Shown one piece after another: positions 30,435-40,503 of a stretch of 64,000 nucleotides of DNA. This DNA comes from Nitrososphaerota archaeon (GTDB taxonomy: Archaea > Thermoproteota > Nitrososphaeria_A > Caldarchaeales > Calditenuaceae). The stretch lies in the NCBI GenBank assembly GCA_038845265.1, contig JAWBQR010000004.1:66049-130048 (forward strand). Direction: 5' to 3'. Below the pieces are notes generated by a model. That model did not search any database. It was not told the origin of the DNA and saw only the letters and a list, made by a program, of their open reading frames with translations. How positions within the stretch are numbered: the stretch's first letter is position 1; the number at the start of each line of letters is the position of its first letter. Position numbers and translations under genes: made by a program.

Positions 30435-31005
30435 GCTTAAAGTAATGTTTTGCCGCTGTAAGGACGATTTTGAAGACTGCATCACTGTTTAAGTTAGAAG
30501 TATCAAGGACTAGGTGGAATGGCGACAGGTCCTCTCCAAGTCTTATTCCATATAAGGAGTAATATAGGTCGTAATTCTTTTTGTCTCTTTCATTAATTAT
30601 CTTGACCGCTTCTTCGATGCTAATCTTATCCCTCTTCCGCATTCTCTGTGCCCTAGCCTCTAATGATGATTTAAGCCAAATCTTGAATCCATTTTCAAGA
30701 AGCCAGGGCAAAACCCAACTATCAATTACTGCTGACTCCTGCTCAGCTATTCTCTTCAACTCTTCATCGACCTTCCTATCGAAAAATGGGTCTTGCTGCC
30801 TTATTGAGAGAAATTTCATGCCTTCTTCTGTGTCCCACCATTTTTTACCGACAGGTCTGTACCCCTGTTTTACGGCGAGTCTCCTGAGAGCGTCTCCCCC
30901 CGAATAATAGTTCACCTTAAGCGCAGTGGATAAACGTTTAGCAAGCGTACTTTTTCCAGATGCAGCTAGTCCACTCACGAGTATTAATAATCTTTTTCTA
31001 GGCAT
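30427..31005 (-). CDS. cmk: Archaeal cytidylate kinase, inverted relative to its neighbours
   Basis: SGLAASGKST P-loop, GGDALR, DRKVD, KIWL, YGI. Confidence 0.9.
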   Translation of the reverse strand: MPRKRLLILVSGLAASGKSTLAKRLSTALKVNYYSGGDALRRLAVKQGYRPVGKKWWDTEEGMKFLSIRQQDPFFDRKVDEELKRIAEQESAVIDSWVLPWLLENGFKIWLKSSLEARAQRMRKRDKISIEEAVKIINERDKKNYDLYYSLYGIRLGEDLSPFHLVLDTSNLNSDAVFKIVLTAAKHYFKLK

Positions 31006-31083
31006 GTAGCAAGAATTGATAGGTAAGTAAAAAACTTAAAGCTTGCTGAAATTTATAACTAAGCCATTTGTATGAATGATTGA

Positions 31084-31374
31084 ATGATAGAAGAGATAGG
31101 CAGGATAGTTGTTAAGACTAGAGGTAGAGAGGCTGGGCTGAAGTGTGTCATTGTTGATACAGCTGGCGACGGAGTAGTCATACTCACTGGTCCGAAAAAG
31201 CTTACAGGTGTTAGAAGAAGACGCGCAAACTTAATGCATATAGCCTTCACTCCGAAGAAGGTAGAGATAAAGCGGAACGCCACTGACGAGGAAGTACTAG
31301 CGGCGATTGAAAAAGCAGGACTGCTAGACTATATGAGGAAAAGAATAGAGGTGAAGCGATGGCAATTTATCTAA
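31084..31374 (+). CDS. rpl14e: Ribosomal protein eL14
   Basis: IGRIVVKTRGREAGLKCVIVD, TGPKKLTGVRRRRANLMH. Confidence 0.95.
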   Translation: MIEEIGRIVVKTRGREAGLKCVIVDTAGDGVVILTGPKKLTGVRRRRANLMHIAFTPKKVEIKRNATDEEVLAAIEKAGLLDYMRKRIEVKRWQFI

Positions 31375-32398
31375 AGTATTCTGACCCCCCATGGATATAT
31401 AGGAGTGAAGAAATAGTCGTTAAAGAGGCTGAGAGCGACCCTGCGTATGGAGAGCAGCCAAACAAGAGGTCAATTGACGGATTATTGAAGTATGGATTTA
31501 TTCCATTGGATAAGCATGTTGGTCCGACGAGTCACGATTTAGCAGCGCATGTGAAGCGTATTCTTGGAATAGGCGAGGTGGGACATGGCGGGACCTTAGA
31601 GGTAATCGAGGAGATCCCGCCGTGTCTGGCGTCCTGCCAATACTTCTAGGAAGATCCACGAAGTGCGCGGAAATAGTGATGAGGAGCCCGAAGGAGTATG
31701 TCTGCCTACTTCGGCTACATAGCGAAGTCCCGGAGCAGGAATTAGAATGGGGGCTCAGCCACTTTGTCGGAAAGATATACCAGACGCCGCCAGTGAGGTC
31801 AAGCGTAGCTAGACGGCCCAGGATGAGAACTGTTTATGAAGTTGAGATCATAGAAAAGACCGGTAAAGAAGTATTGATGAGGATAGCTACCAGCGGCGGG
31901 ACATACATTAGAAAGATTTGCCACGACCTAGGAGTACTATTAGGCGTTGGTGCACATATGCAGGAGCTAAGAAGGACCAGGTCGGGAATAATTACTGAGA
32001 AGGAAACATTCCCGCTAATAGACGTCTACTGGTCTACTTGGCTTTGGCGAAATGAGAATGACGAAAGCGAATTACGAAGAATCGTAAGACCCCTAGAGGA
32101 TTTGTTAGCTCCTCTCCCTAGGGTAGAAATCTTAGATACAGCTGTTGATGCGATTTGTCATGGCGCCTCTCTGGCCGCGCCAGGCATAGCCAAGATTGAC
32201 GCCAACATAAAGAAGGGAGACCTTGTCGGCGTGTTTACGCTTAAGGGCGAGTGCGTCTCAATTGGCACAGCATTAAAATCTACAGAAGAAATATTGAATG
32301 AGGGAGGAATGGCAGTTAAGACTGAACGCGTGATAATGGAGCGCGGCACATATCCATCAGTTTGGCGCCGAGCAAAAAGACAAACGAAGAATAATTAA
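31359..32398 (+). CDS. cbf5: H/ACA pseudouridine synthase Cbf5, split by an intron (exons 31359-31599 and 31614-32398)
   Basis: Two out-of-frame ORFs (LDKHVGPTSH...GHGGTL and VSGVLP...KEYVC...GGTYIRK...PUA domain) join into GHGGTLDPAVSGVLP when 14 nt are removed. Confidence 0.93.
31600..31613 (+). other. 14-nt BHB-type mRNA intron in cbf5
   Basis: GGCGGGA/TCCCGCC stem, CCTT/GAGG 4-bp helix and two AGA bulges; cutting AG^A in both bulges restores the GAT (Asp) codon. Confidence 0.9.
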
Positions 32399-32436
32399 AT
32401 AAGGTATGATTATTTTATTGATGAGTAGAAGTAAAA

Positions 32437-32536
32437 GCCGGGGTGGCAGAGCGGACCAATGCGCAGGCCTGGAGATAACTTCTAGGAAGCCTGTGGCCCA
32501 TTCTGGGCCGCGCGGGTTCGAATCCCGCCCCCGGCG
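32437..32536 (+). tRNA. tRNA-Ser(GGA) with a 13-nt intron at 37/38 (32475-32487); CCA not encoded
   Basis: Acceptor GCCGGGG/CCCCGGC plus G73, anticodon stem CAGGC/GCCTG, loop CT-GGA-G^A, long variable arm TGGCCCATTCTGGGCCG, T-arm GGTTCGAATCC. Confidence 0.93.
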
Positions 32537-32594
32537 TCTTAGACCCGATGATTTCAACCTATATCAAATACTGAGAATCAATTAATCATGAGGG

Positions 32595-33767
32595 TTGATA
32601 CGAGTAATTACTTTTACCGGAATGCTAGCCGGACTAAATGCTGCTTCACTCCATTCAGAGTACTATGAGGAATATTTACAGCTCAGCAAGCTAGTTGACA
32701 ACATCACGGTGATTACTGATAATGTCAAGATAGATGAGAGATTTGATACGGAGCGGTTGAGGATTCTCAAGTTGCCAGCTATTAGGGTGCCTAAAATCTA
32801 TGGACTTACGAAGATACTTTTTTATTGTTTGGCGGTTATTAAGGCTAGAAGGAAATACGACATTATTTATGTAAGGACTTTCAGTCCACCTGAACTTACA
32901 GCCCTATGGATAGGAAAAAAATTGCTTGGCGTTAAGAGCATCATTGTCCTTCCGGGGACATGGCTCTTCGGGTCGCCTGAAGAAAAGCCAAGCCTCAAAA
33001 TCAAGATCTTTAGATGGATACTGAGGAGGGCATTATATGCTGCTGATAGAGTAGTTCTTTATTCATGGCTAATGCTTCCAGAAGTCAGTTACTACGCGCC
33101 AAACCTCCTGAGACATAAAGACAGAATAGTAATTATTAGAAATGCAGTGAATATTCACAGGTTCAGACCGGGAATTGTCCTTGAGGAGAAATATAGAAGA
33201 ATAATTGGCCACTCTGACTATGTAATTTATGTCGGGCGGGTAAACGAGAAGAAAGGAGTTGGCGACATAATTAGGTCGATCAATAGCGAAATCCTTGGAG
33301 AAGCTAGGCTCGTCATTATTGGAAGGGGAGAATCCAACTATCTTGACAAACTTAAAGAAGAGATTAAGAAAAAAGATTTGGAAGAAAACGTGATATTTCT
33401 GGGCGAAGTGCCGAATAAAGATCTACCAGGATTGATGTCTAATGCTAGATTCATGGTCTACGCGACGAGGGGCGGTGAGGGTATTCCGAGAGCGATACTC
33501 GAGACAATGGCTTGCGGAAGACCCGCGATAGCTACAAAGGTGGCCGGAATCCCCGACGCAGTTAGGCATCTTGAGACGGGAATACTGATTGAGCCGGGCG
33601 ATATAGAGTCGCTTGGAAAATGGATAAAAAAACTACTGGATGATCCCCAGCTAGTTGAGAGACTTGGCGGAGCGGCGAGGAGGCTAATTGAAAAAGAATT
33701 TTCCTATGACATGGTGATTCCTAAATTGGTTGAATTATTTAACTTTCTGGCCAATCAGGAAACATAG
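32595..33767 (+). CDS. Glycosyltransferase family 4 (GT-B)
   Basis: YVGRVNEKKG, EGIPRAILETMACGRP, VAGIPD. Confidence 0.9.
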   Translation: MIRVITFTGMLAGLNAASLHSEYYEEYLQLSKLVDNITVITDNVKIDERFDTERLRILKLPAIRVPKIYGLTKILFYCLAVIKARRKYDIIYVRTFSPPELTALWIGKKLLGVKSIIVLPGTWLFGSPEEKPSLKIKIFRWILRRALYAADRVVLYSWLMLPEVSYYAPNLLRHKDRIVIIRNAVNIHRFRPGIVLEEKYRRIIGHSDYVIYVGRVNEKKGVGDIIRSINSEILGEARLVIIGRGESNYLDKLKEEIKKKDLEENVIFLGEVPNKDLPGLMSNARFMVYATRGGEGIPRAILETMACGRPAIATKVAGIPDAVRHLETGILIEPGDIESLGKWIKKLLDDPQLVERLGGAARRLIEKEFSYDMVIPKLVELFNFLANQET

Positions 33768-33875
33768 AGACTTATGTCTTTGAGAAACGTTTTTGGTATT
33801 AACGGGGTAGGGCGAAAGTAAAAAATATTAGTTAAACAGATATATCATGAATCAAACAATTACTAGTCGGCAAAA

Positions 33876-34406
33876 TTGCATAAAGAATCTCTTAGAGACG
33901 TATTGGATTATGAGATATCTGAGGTTAGAGTAACTATTATCAGAGAGTTGCAGCGGTTATCGGTGGCAGGGAAGACTTATGAAAACTTGAAGTCTGGCGA
34001 AACTCTAATCATCCCATACTGGGCCGCGTCTAGACTGGTTGAGGCAGGTATCGCTCAGTATTCTGACAGGCTTTTAGACTCTGCAATAGTTGCGCAATTG
34101 GCTTGGCGAGAGAGACGGAGCGTGACTGAGCTAACGGAGCTCCCCCCTAAATTTTACAGCGAGGCCAGGCGCCTGATCAGGAGACTGCGGGAGTCCCAGC
34201 CCGAGCAGATAAGGATGGTTGAGGGCAACCTGAAAGATATAGTATCCATGAGGATATCTAAACTTCTTTCTTACGCCTCTAAAGGTATACCTATTAATAG
34301 AATAAAAAACATCGTAGATGAGGAAATCTCCCTCTACTTAGAAGTTAAAAAACTGCTTGAGGCATGGCTACATGGATTGGAGATAATGGGTGATGGGGAT
34401 GGTTGA
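33876..34406 (+). CDS. gins23: GINS complex subunit Gins23
   Basis: B-domain IPYWAASRLVEAG followed by A-domain LTELPPKFY, RISKL, EE; directly upstream of mcm. Confidence 0.85.
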   Translation: MHKESLRDVLDYEISEVRVTIIRELQRLSVAGKTYENLKSGETLIIPYWAASRLVEAGIAQYSDRLLDSAIVAQLAWRERRSVTELTELPPKFYSEARRLIRRLRESQPEQIRMVEGNLKDIVSMRISKLLSYASKGIPINRIKNIVDEEISLYLEVKKLLEAWLHGLEIMGDGDG

Positions 34407-36408
34407 GGGAGAAAGACCACTTGAAGAGAGACTCTCACAGTTTTTTAAGTCTGATAAGTATAGGGAGCTCATTTCGAGAGCTGTTCTCTCAAGTAAAAAA
34501 TCTATACCTGTTGACTTCAACGACTTGCTCCTCTTTGATCAGCAGTTCGCCGAGATGCTTCATGATAGGCCGATCGATTATTTACCTATACTTGACAGAG
34601 CCGCGAGAATTCAGCTAGAGCTCGAATATCCTGAATACGCTGAGAAGATTGGGAGGTTCTACGCGAGGGTTAGGGGGCTCCCTGAGGTTACGAAGATAAG
34701 ACAGATTAGGGCTGAGCATCTCCGCCGATTAATAATGATTGATGGAATAGTAGTTAGAGCGTCTACGGTCAGACCTATTCTCGAGTCAGCAAGTTATCAA
34801 TGTAAATACTGTGGAGGAAAGTACAGGGTTGAGGGGGGCAGGCCACCCAGTAAATGTAGAAATCCAAGATGCGCGAACAAGAGACCACAATTTGACTTAA
34901 TAGAGGAGGAGTCAACATTTGTTGATTATCAAATCTTGGGTGTGCAGGAAAAGCCCGAGGATCTTCCGCCTGGACAGTTGCCTAGACTCTTGGAAGTGAG
35001 GTTGAGAGATGATATTGTGGATGCTGCTGCGCCGGGCGATAGGGTAGTTATCTGTGGAATACTTCAGGCTCTTAGTGAGCGTGGAGACACGGGTTCACAG
35101 CCGATGAAGATCTTCATCGAGGCTGTATCTATCGAGACAAGAGGAAAGGAGATGGAGTCTCTGCTAATAACGCCTGATGAGGAGGAGATGTTTAAGAAGA
35201 TGGCTTCCGAGCCCTACATTCACCGCAAGCTCGTCGAATCTATAGCTCCATCAGTCGAGGGAATGGAGCATATTAAGGAAGCAATAATGCTTGCGCTATT
35301 TGGCGGTAGACAAAAAATTTTCAGCGACGGCGTTAAGGTCAGGGGCGACATACATGTATTGCTAGTCGGAGATCCCGGGACGGCAAAGTCTACCCTGCTT
35401 CAGTTTGCGGCACAGATAGCTCCGAGAGGTGTCTATACATCGGGTAGGGGGAGTACTGCGGCTGGGCTGACCGCAGCAGTAGTAAGAGACACCGGTGGCG
35501 GAATGGTCCTCGAGGCGGGTGCAAGCGTCTTGGCAGACATGGGGGTCTGCGTCATTGATGAGATAGATAAGATGAGACCTGAGGACAGAGTTGCTATGCA
35601 TGAAGTTATGGCTCAGCAGACCGTAAGCATAGCTAAAGGAGGCATAGTCGCAACTCTTAATGCGAGATGCAGCATTCTCGCAGCCGCTAATCCCGAACTG
35701 GGTAGGTATGACCCTTATAGACCATTTAATGAAAACGTCAATCTTCCAATCACGCTCCTTTCAAGATTTGACCTAATATTCGTGCTGAGAGACGAGCCTA
35801 ACGCGGAGATTGATCAAAAAATATCTAAACATATAATTACTCTTCACAGTAGTGGTGAGAGAGGAGTTACTTCACCCATACCGCCTAATCTCCTTAAGAA
35901 GTATATTGCGTATTCAAAAAAGATTGACCCTATCTTGACACCTGAGGCTGCCATGGCATTGCAACAGTTCTATCTGCAGATGAGGACTGTTTACGAAAAG
36001 ACCTCGACAGTCTCAATCACTGCTAGACAACTCGAGTCTCTCATCAGGCTGGCGGAGGCAAGGGCAAGAGCAGCTCTTAGAAACGTCGTGACTGAGGAAG
36101 ATGCGAAAGCAGCAATTGAGCTGATGAGGAAGAGCCTCTCAGAGGTGGGGATAGATGTTGAGTCTGGTAAGCCCGATATAGACGTGATAATGACTGGCAA
36201 GCCAATGAGTGTACGAGAAAAGCTAAGCCTCGTACTTGACGTGATTAGACAGCTTGAACAGCAGCATGGGTATGCTGATGACTCTGCCCTCAGACAAGAG
36301 CTCCAAGAACAGGGACTAAGCAGAGGAGAGATAGACAGGATTATCAATAGAATGATAACTGAGGGGAGAATATATTCACCTAAGCCTGGGGCGTATAGGC
36401 TAACTTGA
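34399..36408 (+). CDS. mcm: MCM replicative helicase (no intein)
   Basis: Zn finger CKYC...CRNPRC, PPGQLPR, GDPGTAKS, IDEIDKM, AAANP, LSRFD, TARQLESLIRL, C-terminal winged helix. Confidence 0.97.
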   Translation: MVEGERPLEERLSQFFKSDKYRELISRAVLSSKKSIPVDFNDLLLFDQQFAEMLHDRPIDYLPILDRAARIQLELEYPEYAEKIGRFYARVRGLPEVTKIRQIRAEHLRRLIMIDGIVVRASTVRPILESASYQCKYCGGKYRVEGGRPPSKCRNPRCANKRPQFDLIEEESTFVDYQILGVQEKPEDLPPGQLPRLLEVRLRDDIVDAAAPGDRVVICGILQALSERGDTGSQPMKIFIEAVSIETRGKEMESLLITPDEEEMFKKMASEPYIHRKLVESIAPSVEGMEHIKEAIMLALFGGRQKIFSDGVKVRGDIHVLLVGDPGTAKSTLLQFAAQIAPRGVYTSGRGSTAAGLTAAVVRDTGGGMVLEAGASVLADMGVCVIDEIDKMRPEDRVAMHEVMAQQTVSIAKGGIVATLNARCSILAAANPELGRYDPYRPFNENVNLPITLLSRFDLIFVLRDEPNAEIDQKISKHIITLHSSGERGVTSPIPPNLLKKYIAYSKKIDPILTPEAAMALQQFYLQMRTVYEKTSTVSITARQLESLIRLAEARARAALRNVVTEEDAKAAIELMRKSLSEVGIDVESGKPDIDVIMTGKPMSVREKLSLVLDVIRQLEQQHGYADDSALRQELQEQGLSRGEIDRIINRMITEGRIYSPKPGAYRLT

Positions 36409-36418
36409 TGATGAATAA

Positions 36419-38575
36419 TTGAGGCTAAGCGATACAGGCATAAGTGAGCGGCTGATAGCCGCTCTAAAAAGAGAGGGAATCGATACATTATATCCACACC
36501 AAGTAGAGGCTATCAAGAGAGGATTACTTGATGGTCGTAACATGGTTATTTCGGCACCGACTGCCTCCGGAAAGACCCTTCTAGCAACGCTTGCTGCCCA
36601 TCACCAGTTGGCGATGGGTAGAAAAATCCTCTACCTCACGCCATTGAGAGCATTGACATCAGAGAAATACCAAGACTTCAAGCGTGTTTTTGAAAACTCA
36701 GACAGAGAAGTCAGTATTGCGGCCGTCTCTGGAGACTACGACGACCCCGGTGATTGGCTCGGTAGACGAGACTTCATAGTGTCTACATATGAAAAAGCCG
36801 ACAGTCTCGTTAGGCATAAGGCTAGCTGGCTCAGCGAGGTGGGGCTAATCGTGGTTGACGAGATACATATGATAGGTGAAAAAGAAAGAGGCCCCACACT
36901 CGAGATGACAATTTCAAAATTAACAGAGATTATCAAGGAGGCGCAGATCCTATGCCTCAGCGCGACTATTAGGAATGTTGATGAAATAGCGGAGTGGCTG
37001 GACGCCGTACCGATAGTGAGTAACTTTAGGCCCGTGCCCTTGATCGAGGGAGTAATGAGGGGGGAAATAGTCACTTTGAGTGACGGAACTAAGAAGAAGG
37101 TTAGAGCGACGGGAGATCCATTGACTGCGATTGTATCAGAAGGACTCATCGACGGAGGTCAAGTACTTGTCTTCGCATTGACTAGGCGTAAGGCAGAAAG
37201 CTATGCCTCTAAGCTCGCAGAAGTTGTTCCCTATGTTGTACAGTTAAGCGGTGAGACAAGAACTCTACTAGAAAAAACCGCTGAAGCCATCCTTGAATCC
37301 GAGCCCGAATCACCCTTCTCAGAGAAGCTGAATGCCCTAGTCGAGAGAGGAGTTGCTTTTCATCACGCCGGGCTTGGAGCAAATCATAGAAGAATGATAG
37401 AAGAAGCCTTTAGGTCGAGGATTCTGCCGGTACTCTGCGCAACTCCAACACTGGCAGCCGGCGTGAATCTTCCTGCTAGATTTGTAATCATTCCTGAATT
37501 GAGAAGATATGATTCTCATTATGGTGCATCCTCAATATCCGTGATGGAGTATAAGCAATTATGCGGACGCGCTGGAAGACCACTATACGACAAAGTCGGC
37601 TATGCGATACTTATAGCGAAGAATAAGGAAGAAGAGGAGTATTTCTTGGAGAAGTATGTAAAGGGTGAGCCAGAAAAGATATACTCTTGCCTCGGCAGCG
37701 AGAGACATCTTAGATCTCACCTTCTCTCCCTGATAGCCTCAGAACTGGTGAGTTCAGAGCTAGGACTAAGAAGAATTTTAAGCAGAACCTTCTATGCATA
37801 TCAATTCGGAGCTAGAGTAATTGAGGAGAAAGTCGACTCGGTACTGGAGTTCTTGGAGGAGAACAACATGATTAGGAGAGATGAAGGAATATCTGCAACG
37901 CCTCTGGGGCGTCGAGTCTCACAGCTCTATATCGACCCTCTATCAGCAGTCAGGATTGTACAATACATATCCAGTGATAAACATTTGACTTTGACGGGTA
38001 TGCTGCAGATAATTTGTCTGACTCCGGATTTAACAGAGTACGGCATGCCAAGGATGAGGAGGCAAAAGATCGAGAGATATATTGAGTCATTGATCGATGA
38101 GCTGGTTGAGCCGCCTCCTGACCCAACTGAAGATCCAGAAGGGTACGAATTCTTCTTAGACGTAATGAAGAATCTATCAGTCTTGAGGGAATGGATAAAC
38201 GAGACGCCCGAGAGAAATATCTATGATGGGTTCAACATCGAGCCGGGAGATTTCGCCGCACTTCGGGAGAGAGCCGAGTGGCTGAGCTATGCAGCTTCCC
38301 AACTATGCCTAACCCTCGGTAGAAAATCACTATTCAAGGCATATGAAAACCTGACTTTACGAATAAAGCACGGCGTGAAAAACGAGCTCTTAGAACTTGT
38401 ATCGATACCGGGAGTCGGAAGAGTTAGGGGGAGGAGCCTATGGAATCATGGATTAAGAACCATTGAAGATGTAAAGAATGCATCAATCGATGAGTTAGCT
38501 AGGGTTCCGGGCATAGGTAGAAAGCTAGCTGACAAAATCAAGAAGAGCGTCTCTCGAGAATCTTCCGACACCTAG
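36419..38575 (+). CDS. hel308: Ski2-like helicase Hel308/Hjm
   Basis: APTASGKT, DEIH, LSAT, AFHHAGL, TPTLAAGVNLPA, GRAGRP, C-terminal HhH. Confidence 0.95.
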   Translation: MRLSDTGISERLIAALKREGIDTLYPHQVEAIKRGLLDGRNMVISAPTASGKTLLATLAAHHQLAMGRKILYLTPLRALTSEKYQDFKRVFENSDREVSIAAVSGDYDDPGDWLGRRDFIVSTYEKADSLVRHKASWLSEVGLIVVDEIHMIGEKERGPTLEMTISKLTEIIKEAQILCLSATIRNVDEIAEWLDAVPIVSNFRPVPLIEGVMRGEIVTLSDGTKKKVRATGDPLTAIVSEGLIDGGQVLVFALTRRKAESYASKLAEVVPYVVQLSGETRTLLEKTAEAILESEPESPFSEKLNALVERGVAFHHAGLGANHRRMIEEAFRSRILPVLCATPTLAAGVNLPARFVIIPELRRYDSHYGASSISVMEYKQLCGRAGRPLYDKVGYAILIAKNKEEEEYFLEKYVKGEPEKIYSCLGSERHLRSHLLSLIASELVSSELGLRRILSRTFYAYQFGARVIEEKVDSVLEFLEENNMIRRDEGISATPLGRRVSQLYIDPLSAVRIVQYISSDKHLTLTGMLQIICLTPDLTEYGMPRMRRQKIERYIESLIDELVEPPPDPTEDPEGYEFFLDVMKNLSVLREWINETPERNIYDGFNIEPGDFAALRERAEWLSYAASQLCLTLGRKSLFKAYENLTLRIKHGVKNELLELVSIPGVGRVRGRSLWNHGLRTIEDVKNASIDELARVPGIGRKLADKIKKSVSRESSDT

Positions 38576-39481
38576 GAAGAAAATGGCCAGTGTTGCATCA
38601 AGTATATCTGCCGAGGCTCCTGGCCTGATGTCATTACTTCTTAAATATTCATCTAAGATGGACAGTCTTTTTCGACCCTCTTTCGTCGCTACTCCGCCCA
38701 GTCTTAATACCTTAGACGCAATAGACATAACTATTCTTGCCTTATCGATCCCCTTCCTCCGAGAGATGTGTGTGTCAGGCCTTTTCGACATTACTGCCAG
38801 TAATGCATTGACGGCTGAAACTTCGAGATCATTCGTTCTCTTCAACCACAACTTAAATGTCTTTAGAGAAACATCAAAAGTTAAAGAATAATTACTTAGA
38901 TATTCATCAATAATCATGTCCCTTCCGCGATAATTCCCAAATACTTCTATTATTGATGCCTTCCTGCTCTTTATTAGCTCGTATGTATGCGGTTTCTTTA
39001 CGTCTAGGAATGAAACGTTTCCTAGTCCTCCGGGACTGGCCATCGAGATTGACTTGAGAATGTATATGCAGTCTCGCCAAACAGTTCTTTCCAGCACCTC
39101 CCTTATTGCTCTCCTGAGCTTCACATCGCTCTGCCAGTTTTTCCTAGACCCTAATAGTCCTGCAGCGCATGAAATTGGAAAAAGCAGTAGCAGCGCACCA
39201 AGATGTGTATTCCCACCACCCTGAACATTGAGCATGTCTTCAACTGCATGTGAGATATATTTTCCAAGTCTCCCGCTCCATGCTTTCCTTGCACCGCTAA
39301 TGGCGGCCAGTCTGAGCCAACGATAAAATGCAACTGAGGCTGTTTGAAGATTTATTATGTCAAGCTCTGGAAGTCTGTTTATACGGTCAACTAACCCGGG
39401 CTTTGGATAGACTGCAGACTCAACAAGAAGAGCTGTTACGAGACATCTCGCAACTTCATCACCGAGGGGGTCATGCATCAC
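38525..39481 (-). CDS. citG: CitG-family triphosphoribosyl-dephospho-CoA synthase-like protein
   Basis: PKPGLVDR, NTHLGALLL, PDTHISRRKG, RPGASAD. Confidence 0.8.
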   Translation of the reverse strand: MMHDPLGDEVARCLVTALLVESAVYPKPGLVDRINRLPELDIINLQTASVAFYRWLRLAAISGARKAWSGRLGKYISHAVEDMLNVQGGGNTHLGALLLLFPISCAAGLLGSRKNWQSDVKLRRAIREVLERTVWRDCIYILKSISMASPGGLGNVSFLDVKKPHTYELIKSRKASIIEVFGNYRGRDMIIDEYLSNYSLTFDVSLKTFKLWLKRTNDLEVSAVNALLAVMSKRPDTHISRRKGIDKARIVMSIASKVLRLGGVATKEGRKRLSILDEYLRSNDIRPGASADILDATLAIFFLGVGRFSRDALLDFVS

Positions 39482-39487
39482 TTTTTA

Positions 39488-40360
39488 TCATGTTACTGCA
39501 GCCTTATATCCATAGACACACTCTGTTAATTCATCCCAGTAAACCCTGAAGCCAGCCGCCCTCATCCTGTTCATAACGCCTATATGAATTCTTTTTGCAC
39601 TGTGCTTTCCTGGGCTGCCGACATAATGCACTATGCGTCCACAGGGCTTAAGTATTCTACAGAGTTCGTGATAAAAATCTGAGGAGTATAACTCTCCGGC
39701 TAACGATATTCTTGGCGGGTCATGAATAATCACATCAAAACTATTATCATCTAACTTGGAGACAAATTCTGCGACATCGCTGATGACTGTTACTACTTTG
39801 TCGTTCTTTAGAGCCCATGACCATGGGTTTATCCTGGCCAGTCCGTATACGTTTTCATCCCTCTCCACAGTTATTACCTGTTTAGCCTTCATCTTGATCG
39901 CCGAGATCGCGGTGTATCCTAATCCCATACAAGTATCGATAACCAACTTGTTCTTCAAGCTGCCAACAAGCCTAACCTTCGCTTCAGCGTCTTTTTCAGG
40001 AAATGTGCCAAATATTCTATGCATATGTATGCCATCTATCTCAAGAGTCGGCGCATGGCCTCTCTCGGTCCGGACTAGTTTGTAATAATGCTCCGCCCGA
40101 ATCTCAACAATTGATAAAGAGTTATTTTGAAGCAGGTAGATTGATCTTTCATCATCCTTAATCTCTTCGAGATCATCGATTTTTAATTCATCACCATTTA
40201 TCAGGACATATCCATCCTTTATCAAGCATTCCGTCGTTGATAACTGGAGATCAAACGAAGTTTTAACACTCCTTAACCCATTATGATATGCATTCAGTAT
40301 ATCCTTTGCCGAGTCACAGGTAAGTAGTTTGGCGATAATTGGTTCAAATCTCCTCTCCAT
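39488..40360 (-). CDS. Predicted archaeal class I SAM-dependent methyltransferase
   Basis: PTLEIDGIHMH, DTCMGLGYTA, INPWS, IIHDPPR, AGELYS, HYVG. Confidence 0.85.
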   Translation of the reverse strand: MERRFEPIIAKLLTCDSAKDILNAYHNGLRSVKTSFDLQLSTTECLIKDGYVLINGDELKIDDLEEIKDDERSIYLLQNNSLSIVEIRAEHYYKLVRTERGHAPTLEIDGIHMHRIFGTFPEKDAEAKVRLVGSLKNKLVIDTCMGLGYTAISAIKMKAKQVITVERDENVYGLARINPWSWALKNDKVVTVISDVAEFVSKLDDNSFDVIIHDPPRISLAGELYSSDFYHELCRILKPCGRIVHYVGSPGKHSAKRIHIGVMNRMRAAGFRVYWDELTECVYGYKAAVT

Positions 40361-40503
40361 TCAGTATTATTATTTTAAAACGAATTCATAACCATGCTCC
40401 TGGCATAGCATTGCGTCGAGATACTTGTGATAAAATTATTGAAGCGTTATTAAGCGAGGTATACTACTGATTTTTGTGTTGGGAAAGGCTAGGTGTTGAA
40501 TTG

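Noticed and set aside
31359-32398. cbf5 as a frameshifted pseudogene or two separate genes
   Set aside because: Fully explained by a BHB intron at the known cbf5 site
32545-32580. Possible C/D box sRNA (GATGA...CTGA) after tRNA-Ser
   Set aside because: Too short for two guides, imperfect C box, no internal D'/C' boxes
33768-33875. Possible replication origin upstream of gins23-mcm
   Set aside because: No repeated ORB-like boxes, no cdc6/orc1 in the window, and the spacer is only promoter-sized
19696-36408. Inteins in PolB1 or MCM, which are common hosts
   Set aside because: Both have normal length and contiguous catalytic motifs
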